Positions 45,309-58,300 of a stretch of DNA of 64,000 nt are shown one piece after another (within the stretch, counting starts at the first letter, position 1; every line of letters starts with the position of its first letter). The stretch spans positions 6,490 through 70,489 of IMG/VR virus record IMGVR_UViG_3300021602_000006; one strand, given 5' to 3'. A program made the translations under genes and the position numbers. The notes under the pieces were generated by a model. That model had not been told where the DNA came from. It ran no database searches and was given only the letters and a program-made list of their open reading frames with translations. Source of the stretch: a virus.

Positions 45309-46186
45309 TTATACAAATCTATTAAACGGTCTGCCACTCTTACCACGGCCCATTTATTAATGATATGGACATCTGTATTCTTTAATCGTGTTAATAAGAA
45401 TACGCCCGGGTGCCCTTCTTTTTCTACATACAACGTAATGTCATTAATATCGTTTATTTCTTGTATGTCATTGGTATCCCAACTCATTAATAAACCTGTG
45501 ATAGGCAATTCTTGTACTGATGAATCTTCATTAATATAACCATTCATCATATGAATAGCTATGCTAAATGCGTTATCATTCCTGAACATTCCACTTGTGA
45601 AATAATACAGATCTCGATAATATCCATAATTTTCCTGAATATTTTTAACCAAAGAAAATAAATGCTCTGCAACTGGAGATTTTTTAAAATACACCACTGT
45701 CGCCCAATATAGTGTTATACTCATATCATCGATAGTTCTTGTATAAGGTTCACAAGTATCAAACGGTGAAAAGATTTTGTGATTAATCATTACATCATTA
45801 TTGCTTCCCCAACAATTACTTAATGCTGTGCTCATTATCAAATAATCACAGTCTATAAATAATGTCTCATCGTAGGGTGATAGATCATAAATTTGCCAAT
45901 GATTACAATTATAAAATTGAAGAGGTTTTGTACTAAATCTTGTATCAGAAAAATTTCGAGTATTATCGAACATATAGTCTCTATCTACAACAATGGTATT
46001 TTCAAAACAACTATTAACAAAGTCTTCTGTTAATGCAGTCTTCCCCCATTCGAGTGTACCGTTATCTGTAACTAAAGTAACAGGTACGTTCAGATTCTTT
46101 TTTACCATTAATGCATTAGCACAAGCAATCTTAAAATAATCTATTTCAGTATTGTTGTGTGCAACCATTAATACGCCGCGGCTCAT
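45305..46186 (-). CDS. GT-A glycosyltransferase-like protein
   Basis: SPYDETLFIDCDY, FRND; paralogue of 43828-44685. Confidence 0.75.
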   Translation of the reverse strand: MSRGVLMVAHNNTEIDYFKIACANALMVKKNLNVPVTLVTDNGTLEWGKTALTEDFVNSCFENTIVVDRDYMFDNTRNFSDTRFSTKPLQFYNCNHWQIYDLSPYDETLFIDCDYLIMSTALSNCWGSNNDVMINHKIFSPFDTCEPYTRTIDDMSITLYWATVVYFKKSPVAEHLFSLVKNIQENYGYYRDLYYFTSGMFRNDNAFSIAIHMMNGYINEDSSVQELPITGLLMSWDTNDIQEINDINDITLYVEKEGHPGVFLLTRLKNTDVHIINKWAVVRVADRLIDLYK

Positions 46187-46542
46187 TCATTATCCTTTAT
46201 GTCTAGTACAGACTTTACGTTTCTTAATTTTCTGATAGACTGATATTCTTTTAAGTAATCATTAGTTACTTCGAAATATCTTTTTGTTATTTCTTTTAAG
46301 AATCCTGCTATATCAGCGATATGTACCGGCGAATTATCTTTATCGAGAATATTTGTTTCTGTCAACCCAGTTCTAATTAAATAATCCAGGAAACAAATCA
46401 GTTCTTGATTTATTACAAAATTGCCACCGTTTTTAGCAAACAGAAGAAGACCTTCTGCTCTGATTTTTACTTTATGTAATTGATTGTTAAGTGTTTGTCT
46501 GTAGTTAACAAACTCGAGTGCTTTTTCTAATCTTTCTTCCAT
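46183..46542 (-). CDS. Conserved hypothetical protein (ERLEKALEF)
   Basis: GGAGG RBS; GATAAATA upstream. Confidence 0.8.
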   Translation of the reverse strand: MEERLEKALEFVNYRQTLNNQLHKVKIRAEGLLLFAKNGGNFVINQELICFLDYLIRTGLTETNILDKDNSPVHIADIAGFLKEITKRYFEVTNDYLKEYQSIRKLRNVKSVLDIKDNE

Positions 46543-46607
46543 GCAAAACCTCCGTTTACACTATTTATCAATAGCTTTAACGGAGGTTATTTGTTTCGAA
46601 TCAACTG

Positions 46608-47900
46608 TTACGGATTCAGTACGTTACTGTTCATCGACCAAACAACTGGAACATTTGCTGTCTGTGGCGACCCTGCGCTATCTGTTACTGTACATAATGC
46701 GTTTCCAGAAGCAATTTCACCTGATGTCATACTTCTACTGAATGTTGTAGAAGTTGCACCAGCAGTAACCTGATGTTGATTGCTAAACGTAACAGTGCCA
46801 GATTCATTTGTCCAATCGTATGTATATGGTGATGTACCTCCTGCTGCTGTGACAGATACAGACGCCGTTGTTGCTGTTCCGGCGCCATTTATAATACCGG
46901 CAAGCGTAGTAGGAGAACTCACTAATGTCAGCGGCACAGGGGTTGTTCCGGAAGAAGCAATCGAGGATATTCCTAAATTAGTGATAGAAGCGGCAGTGCC
47001 TGCATAAGGTACTGTACCCGCAGCCTGCAGCAATCCTATACTATACGTAATTGCCGACGCAGTTTTTGCATTAGGTGTAGGATCATTATCGATTAATTCT
47101 ATTCTAAATCCAATCTTCCCGGATGTTCCTATAGCATCGGTTAATGTAGCATATACAGCAATATAGTTATTAGAGTAGTTAGGGAAAGGGCCATAAGCAG
47201 CAGTTAGCCTTTCGAAAATCTTTGCCCAACTACCATTCGTTAAACCATAAAAACCTTTTGTAGATGCTGCACCAGCCACCGGATTAGTATTATGCCAATT
47301 AGTCTGCATGGGTGTAGCAGCAAGTGGATCCATAGCCGCAGCCAGCATTGCGGTCCAAAAAATATCCTCACCAGTTGCTCCACTTCCGGTGCCGCCGAAT
47401 GTAACGGAGCCGCCCGTATTAAAGAAATATCGTGCATTATTCCAGGAACCGAAATCTACCTGAAATTCGAATCTCAGACCTGTTGTCCATGCGGAATATG
47501 CACCCGAAGTTATACCTGCTATCACAGATCTTTGGCCTGTCGCAACAATAAGTCTATTTGCAATTAATTTACTAATAACGTCGGTTAATGTCGAAGTTGT
47601 TAAATAATTATTGTAAGCAGCAATCAAGTCACCTGTACTAACCGAAGCAGGTATAGGTGTAACACTGGTACCTTGATGGGTACCGATAGCAGTAATCTTA
47701 GAAAAGAGTGCTGTCCATTGTGCCGCAGTTATGTTATTTCCAATTGCTACATTAGCAACAGTTGCAGCCTGACCATATCCATAGTCCGCAGTAGCTTCTG
47801 TGGTAGATCCCGAATTTGTATCTGCATACAAGCTGTTTATAATGGCTGCATAGGCATTATATGTCCCTGCTTGTATTACTCCGTATTTGTTATAGGTCAT
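46608..47900 (-). CDS. Virion structural/tail-fibre-like protein
   Basis: GYGQ, ARYFFNTGG, T/G/A-rich, GGTSPYTYDW Ig-like C-terminus. Confidence 0.7.
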   Translation of the reverse strand: MTYNKYGVIQAGTYNAYAAIINSLYADTNSGSTTEATADYGYGQAATVANVAIGNNITAAQWTALFSKITAIGTHQGTSVTPIPASVSTGDLIAAYNNYLTTSTLTDVISKLIANRLIVATGQRSVIAGITSGAYSAWTTGLRFEFQVDFGSWNNARYFFNTGGSVTFGGTGSGATGEDIFWTAMLAAAMDPLAATPMQTNWHNTNPVAGAASTKGFYGLTNGSWAKIFERLTAAYGPFPNYSNNYIAVYATLTDAIGTSGKIGFRIELIDNDPTPNAKTASAITYSIGLLQAAGTVPYAGTAASITNLGISSIASSGTTPVPLTLVSSPTTLAGIINGAGTATTASVSVTAAGGTSPYTYDWTNESGTVTFSNQHQVTAGATSTTFSRSMTSGEIASGNALCTVTDSAGSPQTANVPVVWSMNSNVLNP

Positions 47901-47916
47901 TTAATAATTCTGCCTT

Positions 47917-48399
47917 TTAAGAATATATTGCCGGGAATATTTGACGCCAGGATCCGCCAGCAGATATAGAAATAACAGACCCCACTATTTGCATATCACC
48001 ATCTTTAGGTGTTCCTGACGGATTAATAATAGGTACTGTGCCTGTTTCAGAATTACTAACAGATAATAATCTTTCCCAATTTGCTATACCGCCTGAGACA
48101 GCGGCCGATACTCTTACATATAAGTTTCCTGTGGTCGGAGTTAGTATATTAAACCAACACTGCCCTTGTAAAGCAGTATCGTCGCTTGGAAAAGTCAATG
48201 CAGAGCTTGCAAAGTTTTCAGTTATCTGTAAGAAATTTTGAGCAGTTGCGGCGCCATAGTTAATTGTATTTCTGCCAATTAATTGAAATCCTTGCCCAGC
48301 ACCAGTAGTTCCTCCTATAGGGTTGTAATAACTATCGTCAATTGCATTATCGATAATCGTTACCGCGGTGCCATTTGATTTATGAATTGTATATGCCAT
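47917..48399 (-). CDS. Baseplate/tail-fibre adaptor-like structural protein
   Basis: LIGRN..YG..QNF..ENFA..P..GQCWF. Confidence 0.7.
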   Translation of the reverse strand: MAYTIHKSNGTAVTIIDNAIDDSYYNPIGGTTGAGQGFQLIGRNTINYGAATAQNFLQITENFASSALTFPSDDTALQGQCWFNILTPTTGNLYVRVSAAVSGGIANWERLLSVSNSETGTVPIINPSGTPKDGDMQIVGSVISISAGGSWRQIFPAIYS

Positions 48400-48429
48400 A
48401 AACTTAAAATTCCTTTGTTCTGTTATTTA

Positions 48430-49182
48430 TCATATTGCGCCCATTTGTATTCTTAGAGTATATACAATTTCGAGTGATCTGTTAGCAGATTTCTGAATAG
48501 GGTGAAAAACAACATGCGTTAACATTAATTTAGACTTGCTGCCACTTGTGAAATTGGGCCTTTGGAGTATAAAATTTTCTACATCACTCACTGTAGTTGT
48601 ATTGCCGCCGATGAATAAGTCGTTTGACCCGGAGAATAAACCAATTTCATTAAAGACTAGCGTATCGGGATTAAATGTTGGTGGCTGGCTTTCCGATACA
48701 TTTCCCACAAAAGTAGAGTTATCTATTAGCGTCTGCTGAATTGTTGTAGATGATATGGCCCCGGTAGGCGGCTCGTTATATCCAAATACAACATCTACGA
48801 TAATATCTTCATAGTTTGTAGCATAGTTTTCAGATATTATATATGCTTGTCCATAACTAGCATTGTATGTTGCATCATTAGATAGTTTCTTTACATAGAT
48901 TGTGTTATATAAATTAGCAGTAGGATTCTTAATTAAACTGCCGGGGCCACCTAATGAAGGCTTGTATGATATAGTTCCTGTAGGGCCGACATATGCGCCA
49001 CCGTTACCAAATGCCATATAATATAAAAAACTATTACTGTTGCCTATAAGTGAATGTGCTAAGGCAGCTGACATATTTCCATACAATACGTCATTATGTG
49101 TATCTACCAAGATTTCCTTAGTTTCTTTGTCAGTAATTTTGACAAAGCCCTGGATAGAAGCACTAACTATATCTTGCATCAT
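48430..49182 (-). CDS. Baseplate-associated structural protein
   Basis: MAFGNGG, FNEIGL, LTHVVFHPIQKSANR. Confidence 0.7.
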   Translation of the reverse strand: MMQDIVSASIQGFVKITDKETKEILVDTHNDVLYGNMSAALAHSLIGNSNSFLYYMAFGNGGAYVGPTGTISYKPSLGGPGSLIKNPTANLYNTIYVKKLSNDATYNASYGQAYIISENYATNYEDIIVDVVFGYNEPPTGAISSTTIQQTLIDNSTFVGNVSESQPPTFNPDTLVFNEIGLFSGSNDLFIGGNTTTVSDVENFILQRPNFTSGSKSKLMLTHVVFHPIQKSANRSLEIVYTLRIQMGAI

Positions 49183-49184
49183 TA

Positions 49185-49337
49185 TCAACCCCTTTTATTT
49201 ACAATTATTTCGCCTGTTTCTTTATCTTTAATAATTAGATGACACTGAACATCCATATGTGCTGTATCAATTAATCCTGAATCTTTCTTAAGATCAGGTA
49301 TCTCTTTTTTATTATCGTTTTCTTTATTTATCATCAT
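49185..49337 (-). CDS. Small structural protein (50 aa)
   Basis: HLIIKDKETGEIIVNKRG resembles the N-terminus of the next gene (VKITDKETKEILV). Confidence 0.65.
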   Translation of the reverse strand: MMINKENDNKKEIPDLKKDSGLIDTAHMDVQCHLIIKDKETGEIIVNKRG

Positions 49338-49355
49338 TATTATCTACTCATTTAA

Positions 49356-52300
49356 TTAAGGTATACTTTTGCCCATTTCCTCTTTTAAGAATATGGCTTC
49401 GGGTGTTTGGGCATACCAAAGTCCGCCCAACGGAGTGCTCGTTATGCTAGTATATGCAGGATCTACAACTAATGTCCACATTAAGGAATTGGTAACAGGG
49501 TCATATTGATTTTGAAATTCATGTATCAACTCGTTAGCTGAGTAATTATTGCCTAAGTAATATACTCTTGTATTAGGTTGATATGCAATTTTGCTAAAGT
49601 CGTCAGGCCCGGGATCAGGCACAGGACTAGCTGCCCAATCGTTATATGATGCTTCCGTGGTCGGGTCTGCGGTCGGGTCTGCTGCATTCCATACAGTATC
49701 CTCGGCTGTAATTGGCATAATATTATCTTTTTCTACCCATACTGTATCTGATATAATATGTACAGTAGGAGCAGTCCCATTTGTTCCTCTGCGAATTAAA
49801 CCTAATTCCCACGTATTAGCTAATATCGGGTCTGGAGTTTTCAGTCTATATTCTATTCTTTCACCATTTATCCATAAGACACCCGGTATAAGTGTCGGGT
49901 CAGGTAAGATATGGGTTGTAATAGGGTGCGTTATAGGATCTACAAAGACTATAATTGTATCTAAGTTCTCAGTTAATGTAGTAGGTATAGGTATATTATT
50001 CATTAATGTTCCGGAGAATGCATCTGCATTTCTGTAGAAATCCTGACCTGTATTCACATTTGTATTTTCTTTGAAACTTATTGTATTAGGTAACAACATC
50101 AGATATTCGTCTTGCGAACTTTCTGGAGCATCCCACGGTACCGAATCAGTGCCGCCAGCATCTATTAATATCTGTGATACAACAGGGTCACCCACTGCAT
50201 CCCATATTTCTCCCCATCCCACATACGGTGCAACAGTTAATGGTGCCAATATACTACTGATATCGTTAACTGGTAACTTTGTATCTGCATTAGCAACTAA
50301 ATCATCTACTGCATTGCCGATAGCGGTCTCATTTCTATCTACATAATTATTAGCGATTAATAGTTGGCCACCATCAAACCACACAAATGCCACTAAAGAA
50401 GAGGCCCCGCTAGGATCATTATAGAAATATACAGTATATGTACTATCATCATTATACTCTACATAATAGTCCTGACCGTATAATAGTATTATCGAATCTT
50501 TATAGACTGCTACTATATCACGCGGTGTTATAAATGTTTGTGGATTATTTTCAGTCAAAAGACTGAAAGTATAAGGATATAATTGTGAATATCCTTTCTT
50601 TGATGGATCGGGTGTTGTTAATTCGACAGTGAATACATTGTCCATGCCATTTGTAAGACTTCTGTCTACTATTTGGGCAAGTGTATTACCATCCAATATA
50701 TAAGAAGACGGGGAAATAATATCTCCTGCCCAATCTGGCCCGAATTGTATCTTAGATCTTAATTTAGGGTATATACCTAATGCATTAGGGTCAGGATATG
50801 CAACCGGTTGTCCATCTACCATAATATGTAATACACCATCCGATGATCCGCCTGGTGCTAAATCCGATGTTACATAAGCACTGGTATAATCTCGTACCTG
50901 TGTGTGATAAGGTTTAGAATCTGTAATAAAATTAATAATGTTATTGATCTGATCAGGCACATATAATCTGTCTTGAGTCAACGGTATATTATTTTCTTTA
51001 ATATATATGTAAGATGATTTAAATACCCAATCTGGATTCTTTTGCTCGCTGATTACATAGTTTATCATAGAAAAGAATAATTCGTTCTGATCTATTAAGT
51101 ATTGTTCTATCATAATCTGTGTTCTAAATGCATTAAGTAACTCTCTTAATTCGACAGATAAATTATATAAATTCTTTACTGTATATAGTGTGTCTAGTAA
51201 CATAATTGCACTATTTTCAATACCCACCGTTTCGAGACTAAGTACAGGACTTGCTGCATCTAGTTGTACCACAGCATATAATATAAACCGATTGTCTATT
51301 GTTCCGTTAGATACCTCTACTATATCACCTACTTTAAGCTGTGATGTAGTTAGTGCTGTATTTGCTTCAGCCAATGTTTGAAACACTACCGTAGGTATTA
51401 TGTCTTCATACCCGATTGCATACCAATTAGTATATGCCCAGAAGTTATTAGATGACACACTCGAATTCCATCCGGGGTTATTATCTCTGATAGGTATATA
51501 CTTTAATAAAGAATTTGCTGATTGAACAAATACTTTTCTCGAATTGTCTAATGATATAAACATGCTTTGACGAGGACGGTATTCTGCACCGTATTTTTCA
51601 CTGTTACTTAACATAGGATCTGGTATAGCAAATACTTCACCCTGCTCGACAATATCCCAGCCGTATATATCCCACGGCATATCACGGACGATGGTGATAG
51701 CAGACATATTATCTGAGGTCGAGAAGGTTTGTGTATATCCACACAGACTATCGACCATTTTATTCCAGAATTGATCTGTTACTATGGATGTATTATCACC
51801 TTCCCTGAAAAATGCCCACTGAGCATGTTCTTGGTCGTCTCTCTCAGATAACCTATATTTAATCTGTACATTATTACCTTTATATGCTAATATCGACTGT
51901 ACATTATAGAACATATAAGAATTATTTGTCGATGTCTGCTGTATAGGGCAGAAGAATGCAAATCCCTGACTCTTGGGTGACTGTAACATTGAAGATACAT
52001 CTAACGCCGCCATTGTCCTATTTTCTACATTAGGTTTATCTGTAGTATTTAGAACCCAGAAATAATAATTGACCTGTGATATATTAGTAAATCTATTGGA
52101 TGAAGTATATTGGACGTATGTTGTCGTATCTCTCGGAATTCCTGTACCTGTATATAGAGCAGGAGGAACTGAACTCTTCACCCATTCATATATGGCTACT
52201 GTACTGCCCGGGAATAGTTGACCCCAGTGATCTCTCCTGTATATATCATTATCTGTCTCAGTCTCACTGCCATCTAATGCAATCGGCTGTTCATAATATA

Positions 52301-55300
52301 CATATTTTAAGGAAGATAAATCCCACCATAATTGACCTACCTGACGTTCAGCAAATATTATATTCTCGCTGAATAAAGTAGGATCGCCCGTTACATTATA
52401 ACTAGCAGGATCTTGTGGCGAAATGTATGTTATATTTTGTTTTGCAGGCCCAGGTAATATATTCTTAAATGGGTCATAGATAGGTAACTGAATAATTTCT
52501 GTATTATCTAATACTCCGAATATACTTGCACTCTCAAATAAAGATGTATTGATTAAGTCTGCTTGTTGTCTGAAGGGTATTAAAGCATACCACTCGCCAC
52601 TGGGTTCCCACATCGATACATTCCATTTACCGGCTATATCGTCCACCCAAATTTTCTCATTAAGTTGTATATAATCTAGCGGCCAGCCCCAATCCGGACT
52701 GACAGCAAATCGCATAGTCTTAAATAATAACATATTTGTAAAATCTGCATAATTGCCTATATCACTATTTGTTATAGGTACACCGGCTAGTGTTGTTATG
52801 TAGTATGCATTATATGTTATAAGAGTATCGGGGTCTGTGTATGTGCCCGGTGCATTATAATCGGTTGTTGTATAAGGTAATATACCTACGGCATAATTAT
52901 TGGCAGGAATAGGTTTTCCGTTTACAACTTGCTGTAGTGATATCATATTACCAAAATCAGTTCTTTCGCCCGTTGCCGAATCCCATAACTGCGGGATTAT
53001 AGTTACATTAGCAACAGGTGCATAACCGCTATTAGTCGTTGGATTAAGAACGGTTACTGTAAGAATTTCACCGACTACGCCTGTCGTAATCGAGAATGTT
53101 GCATCAATATCTGATAGTGAGCCGGGTGTTGCTCTTGCTGCAACAATAGTATCAGCAACAGTATAATCAATACCTGCTTCTATGATATTAACTGAGACGA
53201 TACGACCAGACCAATCAACGACTGGCTCTAATACTGCATTAGCACCTATACCACCGAATGCTAGATTAATCGATAATGTAGATACTACGCCGTAATCAGT
53301 TAATAATAATAAATCATTATTATTATCTTTAGTAATAGACCAGTTATTATTAAAGTTTGTCATCTTATAGACAGACCAGTCTTCGACAAAATTCTTTGCT
53401 ACCCATACAGTATCATTTTCTGTAGGATTTAAATCTGCTGTACCCCAGCCCACTGCTGTCTGCGTTACATCAAACGATGACCAAGTTACATCATTAAAAT
53501 TTACATATCCAGCATTAGGTAGTGGATAATCTATATTAGTGGTGGTAGGGAATACTAAAGAATATGCAGGATCGGCCGGCCTTACTGTCCATAATGCTGT
53601 ATCATTTATATCTATATCTATAATATTATCTCTAGCTGCATCTTTAATGATGTCGCCCTGCCAAACAGCATATAGGTTATCTAGTGCATGAGATTCTGAT
53701 CCCGAATTAAGATCGATAATGGGTGCCTTCAAATATCCGGCGCCATTATCTGTCATATCTACTCTGGAAATTTTACCTAGATTGTTTAATATAATATAAG
53801 CCTTAGCAACCCGTGTTGTTAAGGTCAGTGTCCAATAAGTACTGGTTGACGATGGTGTATTCCATTGGTTGTCGGCTACATTGCTAGAATAATATAGCTT
53901 ATTGCTATAAATATCCGGATACATTACTACAGCTTTTTCTGCATAATTTACCGATCCATCCCAATCTGTCCATCCCGGTAAAGGTTCGGCATCAGGCTCA
54001 CCAATAACTACTTTAGGTACAGACGTATATATATTTTCTGCATTCAGTACATTAATCCGTTTAACTGTCCCTAATGTCGATGGAACATAGTTTAATCTAG
54101 CAACAATAATATCACCTGTATTTTGCTCGGGTTCTAAAATAAATTCCGTAGATACCTGCTCGATTGTATTACCAAATTTACTAAGTCTTAAAGCCCATTC
54201 TTCGAATACCTGTATAATTTCGTTGCTCTGAATCTTCGTAGACCTAAACAATTTTTCAAATGCCTGCTTAGTACCTTTCTGCCTAATAGCACCTTGATAG
54301 AACAAATATTGAACGTCGTTGGCAACTTGCAGATTATCTAGATAGCTTTTACTTTCATATCCTATCAGATGTCGACCTAAATCTTCTAAAGAAGGGTTAT
54401 CGATTGTCACATTGGGATCATAGTAGTATCTCATATTATCTACTATTGTATCGAAGTTAGGCATAAGCTGATTATCTAATACAAGATAACCAGGAGCTTC
54501 CATTTTGCCGTACCAGCCATTACTTCTAAATCCATTGAATCGAATACGTTGTTGTCTCGATCTTAGTAAAGGAATATAGACAGTGTCATTGAAACTAGTT
54601 ACATTATCTATTATAATTACGTGCTCGGTCTCCGATGTGTTGACTTGCAAATAGTAAATTCCTCCAGATGCAAGTGACGTAGGCTCTACAGATATAGTCC
54701 TACCTTCTCTATCAGTAGTTGTATTATTTGGCGGCATAGCAACACCAAACTTATCTAAAATACTATATACACCGTTAGAGAGTGATTCAACATCGTTTGG
54801 ATATCCTCGAGAAACAGTTAGTGTCGCTTTGTTACTTAAAGGGCTTAATTGAATAGATGCATCTGGTGCCCAACTTGAGTTCAGCCAAAATAAGAATTGT
54901 TTTGCAGAAGTTAACCAATCATTCAATATATTTGTGTCTTGATTCACATCTTGGAATTGCCAACCTCTGGATTCTAAATAGGCACCCCAACCTATTAGAA
55001 AATCAAATACTGCCTGAGATGTCTTTAATACTGTACCGTAAGGAATCTTAGTTATTGTTTGACTCGATACGGGTTTATATATTACAGATACACCACCTTT
55101 TATAGGTAACGATTTAAGCTTTTCAAAACTGCCTGTTCTGAATTGCTGTACTGTCTGTGTAACTAAACTAAGATAATATATACCATTATATCTAACAATA
55201 TCACCAGCATTATATGTGGAACCTGCTACAAAATATAAGAATGGTTCAGGTGTGCCGCCTATAGTTACATCTATTAATATAGAATCTGATCTATCGAGTG

Positions 55301-58300
55301 TTATAAATTCTGCATTAAGTAGGTCATATCCATAGACCGCAAATGTACCGTCAACAAGTGCTCTAACTATAACACCGCTATAAGAATATGTATCGACTAC
55401 CGGACTCTTGTGTAACAATACACTAAAGTCGGTAGATGGAATAATTAGACTATTTGTTGTTGCATTCGGACTAACTGATTCAATATAAATATTTGTCGTA
55501 TCTTTGTTTGTAAAGCCTGCTAATTTATTTGCTAAATTAACATCTAGTGTTCGAATTTTTTGGCCAAAAGTAGATGTAATATCTTTTCCTAAGAAAAGAA
55601 TTCTATCACTAATCCATCGCTGATATCCGTATCTAACCTGAATAATATTATCTACTGATTCTGCATGAACGAGTTGTGTCGAATTTTTTGGTCTCATCCA
55701 AGCAAATAATGGATCGCTATTTGTATAGGTATCATTTTGTACATATTGCCAATTTGTATTTGACATCACTGGACCGTCTTCACCTGGTACCGATAACATA
55801 CCTGCAGATATTTGTGTTCCTGATGTATCCCACATTAATTCACCGTACGATGCTGGCTTCATCAGATATAAAAATTCTTGTATATTGAAGGCATAAGATG
55901 AAGTAGACATCCATGCTTGCTCAACCGGCGATCCATCACCGTATTTCCATTCTTTATCAAAATGCGTAAAGGGTGCTGTATCCGAAGCAATGGCTATATC
56001 AAATAATGCAGGTATTGGTATAATTTGACCAGTACTATCTACAGGTATAATTGCAGATAATCCGGGACGCGCCCATATCGCTTGTTCTTGCGGCAATAGT
56101 GTGACAGGATTATAAATTGCAGAGGGGCCTTGCCGAATAATACCGTATTCCAAATCGTGCCACATTAAAGAATATGTCGGGGTATTCGGCCATACATTAG
56201 ATAAAGCAGGTCCGTCAGGATTTACAATGCCCGGGCCGTATTGACTATTCCACCAAGACGGTTTTTCAGAAAAGCCTAACATCTCCCATGGGCGAGTATT
56301 AGGATAGCAAGTATCATAGTAATACTGATATATACCTTTCCAATTTCCAGGTAAGAAATATGCTGGTGCACCTAAGAGTGGCACTAACCCAATTACGGCA
56401 TCGGTATAATTATATAATTTCCATAACTCATTTGTTGGTGTAACTAAACTCGACGAATACCAATCATTGGCACGATAGTTAGCACGATTTTTTGCACACC
56501 ATTTATTTAGATATGATTCCGTTATATCTAAATATTCCTGTCTCGAATATCTTGTTTCTCTAAAATATCCAGATTTTACTTCTTCCACCCTTACTGGCAA
56601 ATAATATTGATGTCTGAACTTATACTGTATTAAATTATAGATTCGCTTTTCGAGTTCAAGTAATAACTGATCTCTGTAGTCTTTCTCTACAAGTACCTGA
56701 CCGACATATTTACTATATGCTATTGTCTTAGAACCGTCGTGACCTATGATTACGTGTGTAGGTATCGCATAAGACGTATCATATTCAATTCTTGGCAGAT
56801 ATGTCGGGTATGCACCAATTTTAGAAGGTGTAGAAGGAATGTATGCAGGCAACGAGTTTTTATACAGAGCTATGAATAAGGTATTGCCGATTCTATCTGC
56901 ATTAACTTGTATGTCGATAGGTATAGTCGATGATACAATTTCATAATCTTTACCTATAACAAGTAATTCTTCTGCACCGGTGATAGGATCTATATCATAA
57001 ATATACATCGCATTCTTGGGATCCGATAAATCTACGTAACTTGTTACTGTTATACTACCGGATAAAGGTACAATTTGTGTTTCACTAAAACGAGGACTAC
57101 CGTTGGCAATCATATAAGAATATGCAAATGCAGACGAAAATTCGTTAGATATATTAGTAATCTTTAATATTTCTTCTACCCAGGCGCTAATTACTATAGT
57201 ATTATTATGATACTGAACAGGATTGAATCCTTGATTAATAAGTTGTAATGCAGTTCTTAAATATTTATTCTTAAATTTTGTATATTCATCCTGGCTAAAT
57301 CTTTCACTAACAATAAAATCTAAATCGTCAGACGACGATACTAACATAGTCTTTGTTAGTGGTGCAAGATTCTGAAGAATAAACGAACCAACTGACCTAT
57401 TTTTTCTTGTATCTCGATAGTTATTGGCTCCTTCGGGGTTACCCTCCTCTGTCTCCGAGGCATATCCCCCTTCTTCATCTATTTGATTACCTATGATGGA
57501 GGAAAATTGTTCTACTAAATTACTTCCGCTTATTTCGAAAATTTCTTTTTGTAATGGGTTAGCATCTAGTTGTTGAGGTATTTCGAAGTATCCGGGTGCT
57601 AAAGGATCGAGCAATCCTTGTGTGTATGTATATATCTCTACAACAGGTGGCTGAGATTGTGTAACACTTAGTAAGTTAGTCAAATATATTGTTAAATCTA
57701 CATATACATTATTGTTAATAATCTCTGTTGTATATCCGTCGGCTGTTTCGTTAGCATTTTGTACTTTTGTACTATTAACGAATACTAAAATATCCAGGCC
57801 TTCGAACCCTGTACCAGGATAATCATACGGAGTAACACTTAATTTAAATTGATATTCTGACCCGTATCCCACTACAAACTTATCTATAACTCGTTGTTTA
57901 CTAGTTGCTAAACAAGATGCTGGTGTAGGTATATCTATGTTGCTGCATGGACAAGGTTGATATAGGTTCCAATTATTATATAATGTTGTGCTTCCATCTA
58001 TCTTATAATAGTAATAACCATTTATAGGTAAAGATACCGAATCCTGAGTATACGTATACCTGTTGGTCATCAAGTTATTTTGAAAAACAATATCGAGTGA
58101 CTGACCAAGCCCAGTATAAACTATTGGGAAACCTAATACCGGATCAGTAGTTGCGCCTGGGCTTGTATTTATTTTATAGGAAAATATCTTACTTCCTGAA
58201 AAAGTACTTAGCGGATAAGTAACGGGGTCATTTAATCCTACACCGTTATGATCATATAGTTGAAATAAAGGTGCCTGATTTAACGATATCTTATCATTTA

